In this document: positions 1-5,318 of the stretch, one piece after another
Position numbering within the stretch: the stretch's first letter is position 1
How the letters are laid out: each line of letters starts with the position of its first letter
Virus record (IMG/VR): IMGVR_UViG_2718217885_000003
Location: 1-11,575 of that record
Strand: one strand, 5' to 3'
From: a virus
Lineage: Duplodnaviria > Heunggongvirae > Uroviricota > Caudoviricetes
DNA length: 11,575 nt
Made by a program: the position numbers and the translations under genes
Notes under the pieces: generated by a model
Seen by the model: the letters and a program-made list of their open reading frames with translations, nothing else
Database searches by the model: none
Told to the model about the DNA's origin: nothing

Positions 1-303
1 TTACTTCCTGCGTTTATCCCGCTTTGTATGTCCGTGCTGAATGCCCCGCAGTGGATCTTCTTTTTTCAGGTCGATCCCCATGTCCGTTAGTGTTTTTGTG
101 GCGGCGGTTCTTATGGCACAAATCAGGTCTCTTTCCGGTTCCCGGGTTATGGTTGCCTTCCGGATACATGCCGTTCGTCGTTCCGTTACATACTGACGCG
201 CTTCATCACTTGCCGCCTGTTTCAGTAACTCACCCCAGCGATTAGCCGCCCGTCGCCATAAACCTTTCGCTTCCAGTTCTTCCGCTTTGTCATCATGCAC
301 CAT
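1..303 (-). CDS. PerC-family-like transcriptional regulator (candidate), 100 aa
   Basis: Complete ORF with TAA at 1-3 on the minus strand. ATG at 303 has GGGA about 8 nt upstream; an alternative in-frame ATG is at 309. The N-terminal segment KAEELEAKGLWRRAANRW resembles the PerC/Pch signature as recalled; not verified by search. Confidence 0.45.
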   Translation of the reverse strand: MVHDDKAEELEAKGLWRRAANRWGELLKQAASDEARQYVTERRTACIRKATITREPERDLICAIRTAATKTLTDMGIDLKKEDPLRGIQHGHTKRDKRRK

Positions 304-417
304 AAGCATAATCCCATTGATACCTGTTAAATCTGAATGGTTGGTTTCTGTTCTTTTGATAATTTTCCGTATAGCTTATTGTATGACAGTACTGTCCCAC
401 AATAAGGAGTTGCACGC

Positions 418-714
418 ATGAGAATGACCAGGCACAAAAAGCAGATCCTTGAGTTCTATAAACCAGAGTTCCGCGATTGCGTTAGGTTGGATGCTGGAGA
501 ACCGCCTTTTGACGTTCGGGGGGTTTCTTCTCTGCTCTATGGAGACACTCTGCGCTACCACATCGAGGCAACACGACGAACGTTAAACGCTATGGTAAAT
601 GATGGGATCCTGTACCGCGTGAAAGTGCGCGAACCCCGCTTTGATGTGCGTATCGGTAGCGATGGCGCTCACTGTACGGTAATCCGGTACGGGCTGGGTA
701 AATCAGATGATTAA
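418..714 (+). CDS. hypothetical protein, 98 aa
   Basis: ATG at 418 preceded by AAGGAG with 8-nt spacing; stop TAA at 712-714. Divergent from the PerC-like gene. No family recognised. Confidence 0.6.
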   Translation: MRMTRHKKQILEFYKPEFRDCVRLDAGEPPFDVRGVSSLLYGDTLRYHIEATRRTLNAMVNDGILYRVKVREPRFDVRIGSDGAHCTVIRYGLGKSDD

Positions 715-719
715 ATCAC

Positions 720-816
720 CAGAATGTAAATTTACATTCTGCCAGCCACCAGCTACAGAACGCAAATTTGCACTTTGCTGAAATATTAACGGGTTAGGCC
801 AGAGTGCAAATTTGCA
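720..816. promoter_or_regulatory. three palindromes with an AAATTT core between convergent genes (candidate protein-binding sites or bidirectional stem-loops)
   Basis: Perfect palindromes CAGAATGTAAATTTACATTCTG (720-741), GCAAATTTGC (762-771) and TGCAAATTTGCA (805-816). None is followed by a clear U-run. Confidence 0.35.
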
Positions 817-837
817 TTATGCTTTAAGTTCAGCAAG

Positions 838-1119
838 TTACCGCCGTAACCGCTCCGGCTTCTTCCACTGGTACGTTATTTTTGCTTTTTCCCTGTACGT
901 CTGTATCCGGCGACGGTAGGCCAGCATTTCAAGAACGCGGATCCGTATGTCGCGCATATCAGTATCATTAAGCTGGATACCATCACGACGCATCACCTCA
1001 GCAACAACACGCGCATAATTTTCAGCGGTCACGCTGTCCGGCTGTGTGGCCTGTTCGTCGGCTTGCTGGCTGATTCCACCAGCACGGCGGAGTAATTCCA
1101 GTATTTCGGCTTCTGTCAT
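838..1119 (-). CDS. hypothetical protein, 93 aa (ORF extends to an upstream ATG at 1131)
   Basis: ATG at 1119 preceded by a GGGGGG run (1123-1128 on the complement) with about 4-nt spacing; the upstream ATG at 1131 lacks an SD. Stop TAA at 838-840 on the complement. No family recognised. Confidence 0.5.
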   Translation of the reverse strand: MTEAEILELLRRAGGISQQADEQATQPDSVTAENYARVVAEVMRRDGIQLNDTDMRDIRIRVLEMLAYRRRIQTYREKAKITYQWKKPERLRR

Positions 1120-1154
1120 TGTGCCCCCCATCGTTCTGGCTGTCTGGTGTCGTC

Positions 1155-1228
1155 GGGTCCTTCCTGGAATTATGGCCCGTTACGGGGCGGCGACCTCGCG
1201 GTTTTTCACTATTTATGAGATTTTTTAG
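1155..1228 (+). other. lambda-type cos site, copy A: cosQ-like GGGTCCTTCCTGG, then cosN with the 12-nt cohesive-end sequence GGGCGGCGACCT at 1185-1196
   Basis: 1179-1206 GTTACGGGGCGGCGACCTCGCGGTTTTT matches the phage lambda cos junction from memory and continues with CACTATTTATGAGATTTT (lambda: CGCTATTTATGAAAATTTT). It is a perfect inverted copy of 1799-1826. Confidence 0.7.
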
Positions 1229-1385
1229 GGGGTGGTTGTTGTTTAATTGTTTGTCATATCTATTTGATAACTAAGTAAAAATAGAGAGCAATACAACAAC
1301 CTGATAGTGTTTTTTGATGCTACAAATAAAAAAAATGCTAATTGAATCAAATAGTTTTACAAAAATACGTGGTTGTTGTATTGCG
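1229..1385 (+). repeat. cosB-like region of cos copy A: three GGTTGTTGT repeats (direct, inverted, direct) with an AT-rich spacer
   Basis: GGTTGTTGT at 1234-1242, ACAACAACC at 1293-1301 and GGTTGTTGT at 1371-1379; 1288-1301 and 1371-1384 form a perfect 14-bp inverted repeat. The layout parallels lambda R3-I1-R2-R1 at similar distances from cosN. Confidence 0.5.
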
Positions 1386-1433
1386 TATTTGATGGCGTAA
1401 CAGAAAGTGATTTTGAACTTTGCTGTTCTGTGA

Positions 1434-1643
1434 CTACTGATTGTTCCATGCTGGCGCGGCGAACGCTTCGGCATGACGCCACCCAGCCAGAAAACCAGCC
1501 ATTTTATTTCGTGCTTTGCTCACATCTTCCGGTGAGTAGCCGTAAATCTGTAAACCTTCATTGAATCGATGTTCTGTTTCTTCACTTGAGTACTCGTCGC
1601 TCTCCGATGAAATCAGCCTGGCAACTTCAGTCTGCGTAGCCAC
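1434..1643 (-). CDS. hypothetical small protein, 69 aa, in the position lambda Nu1 occupies relative to cos copy B; candidate packaging-redirection (Rpp-like) factor
   Basis: GTG start at 1643-1641 with GAGGTGAGGA immediately upstream; stop TAG at 1434-1436 on the complement. It begins about 180 nt after the cosN of copy B. No HTH or other recognisable motif; acidic stretch SSESDEYSSEETEH. Confidence 0.4.
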   Translation of the reverse strand: MATQTEVARLISSESDEYSSEETEHRFNEGLQIYGYSPEDVSKARNKMAGFLAGWRHAEAFAAPAWNNQ

Positions 1644-1666
1644 TCCTCACCTCACAATCACGACAA

Positions 1667-1772
1667 AACCGGTCATGTCCGGTTTACATGTCTATTTTTT
1701 GCGCATGTCCGGTTCATGGAAAGCCTATTTTTATATTTTTCATATAGTTAACTTGCAGAGAAACCGGACATG
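1667..1772 (-). repeat. cosB-like region of cos copy B: three CATGTCCGGTT repeats with an AT-rich spacer
   Basis: CATGTCCGGTT at 1674-1684 (inside the inverted repeat AACCGGTCATGTCCGGTT, 1667-1684) and at 1704-1714; inverted copy AACCGGACATG at 1762-1772. AT-rich block 1717-1760. Distances from cosN (about 49, 107 and 140 nt) resemble lambda R3/R2/R1. Confidence 0.5.
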
Positions 1773-1782
1773 GATCCCGGAA

Positions 1783-1852
1783 AATTTTCATAAATAGCGA
1801 AAAACCGCGAGGTCGCCGCCCCGTAACAGGTCCATATGCCGGAAAGGACCCG
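1783..1852 (-). other. lambda-type cos site, copy B (minus orientation): cosQ-like GGGTCCTTTCCGG, cosN cohesive-end sequence at 1810-1821
   Basis: The reverse complement of 1781-1852 reads GGGTCCTTTCCGGCATATGGACCTGTTACGGGGCGGCGACCTCGCGGTTTTTCGCTATTTATGAAAATTTTCCGG, near-identical to the lambda cos junction as recalled. It lies directly downstream of the capsid-operon terminator. Confidence 0.75.
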
Positions 1853-1853
1853 C

Positions 1854-1875
1854 AAAAAAGCCGGATTTCTCCGGC
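1854..1875 (-). terminator. rho-independent terminator of the capsid operon
   Basis: On the minus strand, GCCGGAGAAATCCGGC stem-loop followed by TTTTTT, immediately 3' of the CDS ending at 1882. Confidence 0.8.
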
Positions 1876-1881
1876 CTTGTC

Positions 1882-2295
1882 TCAGATGGTTTTCAGTATG
1901 CGATCAATGTCGCCGTCATCGCCCGGGTTTCTGCCATCGTATGCCATGCCAGCTGATACGGCTTGTGGGCTGTGCATGTCCATAAAGTTTTCAAAGGCTG
2001 CGGTAAGCTCTGGTGCAACCTTCTGGCGTTCCTGTTCTATGGTCATGTTCAGGATGTTTTTAGCCGTATCAACATCAATACAAGGCACGTTTGCCATTGC
2101 ACGTAACAGCGGCTGATAGTCGTCAGATTCATAAAGCGACATAATCGCATCAGCGCGCGGCTTGTCCTGTTCTTCCAGTTTGTTAAGTTGATATATAGCT
2201 TCGTAGGTTGATAGACATCTGTCAGCCATTGCCCGCGCTTCAGCTTTAAATTTACTCGCCAGCGGTAGCGCCATGATACTTTCATTCGTTGCCAT
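1882..2295 (-). CDS. hypothetical protein, 137 aa, last gene of the capsid operon (possible scaffold or size-determination factor; unassigned)
   Basis: ATG at 2295 preceded by GGGGGGAACG (strong SD); the longer track ORF to 2406 overlaps the upstream gene and lacks an SD. Acidic, helix-prone composition. No family recognised. Confidence 0.6.
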   Translation of the reverse strand: MATNESIMALPLASKFKAEARAMADRCLSTYEAIYQLNKLEEQDKPRADAIMSLYESDDYQPLLRAMANVPCIDVDTAKNILNMTIEQERQKVAPELTAAFENFMDMHSPQAVSAGMAYDGRNPGDDGDIDRILKTI

Positions 2296-2308
2296 CGTTC
2301 CCCCCTGC

Positions 2309-2644
2309 TTATCGCGCCAGCGGCTGAACAGATACACCAGAACCCGCAAAGGCGGCACATTTTTTCGCGTCGGTGTCGACGCTCTCAGGCCAGTTAACGG
2401 CGGCAATATTGAATATCCCCGTCTTGTAACACTGTGCTGATTTCTGCGTTGACGTGTCCACGGGATACGCCGTCAGATAAACAGCCTTGCCAGATTCCTG
2501 ACCATCCCACGGCTTAAATTCGCCATTGTCCGCCAGCATCAGCGGGGTAAATTCCTGAATAACGCCAGCATCAGCGGCAAAATGTACCAGCGTCGTGGCA
2601 ACCTGCTGACTGCCTGCAAATAACTCAATGTATGGAGTGTCCAT
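2309..2644 (-). CDS. head decoration protein, lambda gpD-like, 111 aa
   Basis: Segment TPLMLADNGEFKPWDG...CYKTGIFNIAAVNWPE...KKCAAFAGSGVSVQ parallels lambda gpD (TPLMLDTSSRKLVAWDG...FYKSGTFRYEDVLWPE...KKRTAFAGTAISIV, from memory). SD GGGGGA 5 nt upstream of ATG 2644. Confidence 0.8.
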   Translation of the reverse strand: MDTPYIELFAGSQQVATTLVHFAADAGVIQEFTPLMLADNGEFKPWDGQESGKAVYLTAYPVDTSTQKSAQCYKTGIFNIAAVNWPESVDTDAKKCAAFAGSGVSVQPLAR

Positions 2645-2655
2645 AGAATCCCCCG

Positions 2656-3711
2656 TTAACCAATTTTGACGGTAACAAATTTGCGAATATCTGCCGGAAC
2701 CGGCTGCGGTGCGCTGTGCGTCTGCACGTACTCAATCGCCGGATCGCCGTCCTCAATCCAGTTTTTCGGGTAAAACATGTTTTGCGTTGCGCCCGTTCTG
2801 ACCGCTTCCTGATCCATAATCGCACCATAGGCCACCAGCCCTTTATTGTTGGTGTTGCCCAGGACCAGCAAATCAGGCTCAAGGAAATATTTTTCGGTGC
2901 CGTCGCTGTCAGTGTATTTGCCGGAATAGACGATAAGGGCAATATCGCCCAGATATCCTTTAAAGCTCACCACTTCGCCCAGGTTTTTACAGGCCAGCTC
3001 TGCGGAGGACTCTGAACCACGGGAAAGATCGTACAGTTCGCGGAATTTTTTAAAGCTGCGTAACGTTCGCCATACCTCAGCGCCCATGATCATGACGTTG
3101 GCGGGGCAACCTGCTTGATCCGCATAAAGCTCGATATCATAGATTGGATCGTGGGTTTCTTTGTCCTGCTCGGACCATTTACGGCCTTTGGCCTGCTCTA
3201 TGATGTTTTTTTCCGGTATCTTCCAGTCGATTTCATAGCGTTCTATGCCTTCGCCCTCAATGATGTTTTTTCCGGTCGTTACCGCATTCACCGCCAGCCA
3301 TTCCACGCGCGCTTTAATCGCGTTTATCTGGCGGCGCATGTTGCCAGTAATCAGGCGCATACGGCGATAGGTTGGGTCATTAAGCTGTGCCGGATCTTCT
3401 CCAGCCATACGCATGATGGTTTTCGTTGGATCGATTTCGTGCTTCGGCTTCATGTATCCAGGTTTAATCGTGCTGGTTTCGTACCCTTTATCGCGCTGGA
3501 CCTGACTACCCACCATAGGCGAACAAAACGCCGACATCGTAACCTCTTCAATGTCCAGGGTGTCCAGCATGATGCTTTGGGTGTTGAATGTCGCCACGTT
3601 CGGGAAAAACAGCGTGGTAAACAGCGGACTGAATTTAAATTCCGCAATATCCCCGCGATTCAGGTACGCGAAAAGCTGGTTAGTGTTAAGTGCCGTTGCT
3701 TTGCCTGCCAT
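2656..3711 (-). CDS. major capsid protein, lambda gpE family, 351 aa
   Basis: Multiple conserved blocks versus lambda gpE (from memory): FKFSPLF..LFF, PGYMKPKHEIDP, EDPAQLNDPTYRRMRLITGNMR, WSEQDKETHDP, LRSFK, SRGSESSAEL..LGEVVSFKGYLGDIALIVYSGKY, LVLGNTNNKGL.AYG, YPKNWIEDGDPA. Start ATG overlaps the upstream stop (TAATG). Confidence 0.9.
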   Translation of the reverse strand: MAGKATALNTNQLFAYLNRGDIAEFKFSPLFTTLFFPNVATFNTQSIMLDTLDIEEVTMSAFCSPMVGSQVQRDKGYETSTIKPGYMKPKHEIDPTKTIMRMAGEDPAQLNDPTYRRMRLITGNMRRQINAIKARVEWLAVNAVTTGKNIIEGEGIERYEIDWKIPEKNIIEQAKGRKWSEQDKETHDPIYDIELYADQAGCPANVMIMGAEVWRTLRSFKKFRELYDLSRGSESSAELACKNLGEVVSFKGYLGDIALIVYSGKYTDSDGTEKYFLEPDLLVLGNTNNKGLVAYGAIMDQEAVRTGATQNMFYPKNWIEDGDPAIEYVQTHSAPQPVPADIRKFVTVKIG

Positions 3712-3917
3712 TATTCACCCCCATAATTTTTATGCATCCCAAGCGCCGCAAGTAAATAAGAGCGTACAAGTGAACCTATCGACGGCTCCGGCGTCATCAG
3801 CGGATCCAGTCCAGCCGCCACGCCAGCCTCATAGTTTTTTTTGTGGCGTTGCTTGAGCACCTCCACGATTTCGGGGCTTATGTACACCGAAACACCGCCT
3901 TTTTTCTCTTCAGCCAT
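3711..3917 (-). CDS. ribbon-helix-helix (CopG/Arc-like) DNA-binding protein, 68 aa, first gene of the capsid operon; putative regulator
   Basis: GVSVYISPEIVEVLKQ (beta strand plus helix A) and SIGSLVRSYLLAAL (helix B) fit the RHH pattern. ATG at 3917 with GAGG upstream; stop coupled to the capsid gene start. Confidence 0.5.
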   Translation of the reverse strand: MAEEKKGGVSVYISPEIVEVLKQRHKKNYEAGVAAGLDPLMTPEPSIGSLVRSYLLAALGMHKNYGGE

Positions 3918-3944
3918 AGTAAGAAATTCCTCTTTGACTTAAAA

Positions 3945-4005
3945 AATCATAACTGGATGTTCATCCAGTTATGATTATAATCATCATTGCATTTTATGCA
4001 ATGAT
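3945..4005. promoter_or_regulatory. operator-like palindromes overlapping a candidate sigma70 promoter for the capsid operon
   Basis: Perfect 32-bp palindrome AATCATAACTGGATG-TT-CATCCAGTTATGATT (3945-3976) and 23-bp palindrome ATCATTGCAT-TTT-ATGCAATGAT (3983-4005). Minus-strand TATAAT (complement of 3974-3979) and TTGCAT (complement of 3996-4001) with a 16-bp spacer overlap the two palindromes. Confidence 0.45.
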
Positions 4006-4080
4006 GTTGAGTTGTGTTGCAAATTATGAAATGATGATCCCGATCATGTGTGTCAGTGCACCAAAAAGCCTCATATGCAA

Positions 4081-4119
4081 AAGCCCGATAAGCCACCTCT
4101 GACCTTATCGGGCTTTTTT
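4081..4119 (+). terminator. rho-independent terminator (strong on plus strand, weaker on minus)
   Basis: AAGCCCGATAAG ... CTTATCGGGCTT, a 12-bp stem with an 11-nt loop, followed by TTTTTT on the plus strand. No annotated plus-strand gene lies upstream, which suggests a short plus-strand transcript from the 3920-4080 region. Confidence 0.6.
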
Positions 4120-4220
4120 ATCTGCCTGCAAAGATGTCGAACAAAAATTAACCGCAACCATCATCTTTTTTGCATCAAAACAATTAAAAACAATAAATTA
4201 CGCTCATGATGATGATGACG

Positions 4221-4292
4221 ATAAAATCACAAAAATGCGCTTTTTTCCGCGCCTCCCGCCCCGTGTTCAGGCCCACCCCGCCAGGAGGACCC
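4221..4292 (-). repeat. diverged third cos-like copy (cosQ-like GGGTCCTCCTGG retained, cosN core altered)
   Basis: Aligns base for base with the cos copy B region (GATAAAATCACAAAAATGCGC vs GGAAAATTTTCATAAATAGCG; CCCGCCCCGTGTTCAGG vs CGCCGCCCCGTAACAGG; GGAGGACCCG vs GAAAGGACCCG), but the cohesive-end segment is changed. It sits next to a homologous terminator. Confidence 0.5.
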
Positions 4293-4294
4293 GT

Positions 4295-4316
4295 AAAAAA
4301 GCCGGATTGCTCCGGC
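4295..4316 (-). terminator. rho-independent terminator after ssb
   Basis: On the minus strand, GCCGGAGCAATCCGGC followed by TTTTTT, 17 nt after the ssb stop. Sequence is homologous to the terminator at 1854-1875. Confidence 0.8.
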
Positions 4317-4332
4317 TTCTGTCACTCGTCGC

Positions 4333-4755
4333 TTAAAACGGTATGTTATCCCCGTACGGATCATCATTCCCCGCCTGTTGTTTTGCCCTGTTCAGCGCGT
4401 CAGTAGCCTGGCCCTGTTGACCTTTTTTGCCGCCCAGTCGCGCCGTTCGCGCACTGATTACACTGTCTGCGATAACCTGCCAGCCCTGCCGCGTTTCTCC
4501 GTTCTGCCCAGTCCACTGGCTGATCTGCATGTTACCCGCCACGCTCAGGAGTTCACCCTTGCGGTGCCTTTCCAGTGCTTCGGCCTGTCTGCCAAATGCC
4601 AGGACGGATAACCACATCGTCGCCGTTCCGTCATCTGCCTGGCTGCACGGAAGGGGGACCGCCATACGCGCCAGCGTCATCGGTGTGCCCTTGCTGGTCT
4701 GTTTTACCTGCGGGTCGTCCACCAGCCGCCCGTAAGCGGCTATCTGTGCTGTCAT
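4333..4755 (-). CDS. ssb: single-stranded DNA-binding protein, 140 aa
   Basis: OB-fold-like N-terminal region (GRLVDDPQV...MWLSVLAFGRQAE...KGELLSVAGNMQISQW...NGETR), Gly/Gln-rich linker, and C-terminal acidic tip DDPYGDNIPF resembling the SSB DDDIPF tail. ATG overlaps the upstream stop (ATGA). Confidence 0.7.
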   Translation of the reverse strand: MTAQIAAYGRLVDDPQVKQTSKGTPMTLARMAVPLPCSQADDGTATMWLSVLAFGRQAEALERHRKGELLSVAGNMQISQWTGQNGETRQGWQVIADSVISARTARLGGKKGQQGQATDALNRAKQQAGNDDPYGDNIPF

Positions 4756-5030
4756 GATTCCACCTCTCCGGTTTTAACGTTGATTGTTGTTACCTGTTCC
4801 GCTTCGGCAATCTCCCGCTCTGTCAGCGTGGCAAAATTTGCCGCCGTCGTGGTCATGAATGCGCTTATCAGGTCGGGATGTGCTTTCGCGTATCCTTCCC
4901 CCGCGTGGCGGTCTATCGTTCTGATTGCCACCTTTAAAGCGTGCTCTGTCATGTCTAACGCGCGATATTTCGGTTCTGTTCTGTCTCTGCGTTTTTTGAG
5001 TGATTTATTAAATTTCCCTGAAGTGTGCAT
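4752..5030 (-). CDS. hypothetical protein, 92 aa
   Basis: ATG at 5030 with GAGGGGG about 12 nt upstream. Translationally coupled to ssb. Located just downstream of the iteron origin. Confidence 0.5.
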   Translation of the reverse strand: MHTSGKFNKSLKKRRDRTEPKYRALDMTEHALKVAIRTIDRHAGEGYAKAHPDLISAFMTTTAANFATLTEREIAEAEQVTTINVKTGEVES

Positions 5031-5078
5031 ATTTATTTTTACCCCCTCGTTTAAAAAGTTTTGAGTTGTGCCTCCCCT

Positions 5079-5306
5079 TGTCTACCTTATCTACCTTAGT
5101 GGCCCTCATGCCAGTAATGGCGCGGCTTTCAGCGGGGTAGAGTGCTTTTATCCACTATCTACCCCGTGTCTACCTCCCTGTCTGATTCAGGTAAAATCAG
5201 GTAGAGAGGGTAGATAGTGGGTAGACAGTAAAAAAAGGCTATCTACCTAACTTAATGCACTGAATTAAATTTATTTTTCTTTACTCAGGTAGACAGGGTA
5301 GACAGC
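5079..5306. repeat. iteron array, candidate replication origin, immediately 3' of the primase gene
   Basis: At least 11 copies of GGTAGA(C/T)AG and its complement in both orientations (for example 5081-5089, 5090-5098, 5134-5142, 5156-5163, 5168-5175, 5200-5205, 5209-5216, 5219-5228, 5241-5248, 5288-5296, 5297-5305), with AT-rich blocks at 5250-5285 and 5306-5330. Confidence 0.7.
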
Positions 5307-5318
5307 AATTACAAAAAA

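Noticed and set aside
720-741. 22-bp perfect palindrome as a rho-independent terminator for the convergent genes
   Set aside because: No U-tract follows on either strand, and it shares an AAATTT core with two neighbouring palindromes, so a protein-binding site is more likely than an intrinsic terminator.
1373-1564. 63-aa plus-strand ORF following cos copy A in the Nu1-like position
   Set aside because: No SD, AT-rich and Cys-rich, and it overlaps the better-supported minus-strand ORF at 1434-1643. Cos copy A therefore appears to lack its own downstream gene.
1179-1826. Reading the 28-bp inverted repeats as the ends of a MITE, an invertible promoter switch or a retron-like structured RNA
   Set aside because: The repeat core is the lambda cosN sequence and each copy carries its own cosB-like repeat array, so two cos sites explain it better. 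No reverse transcriptase or invertase gene is adjacent. An invertible segment cannot be fully excluded without read-level data.
3115-3726. 203-aa plus-strand ORF
   Set aside because: Fully antisense to the gpE-like capsid gene, whose homology is unambiguous. Arg/His/Phe-rich composition typical of a shadow frame.
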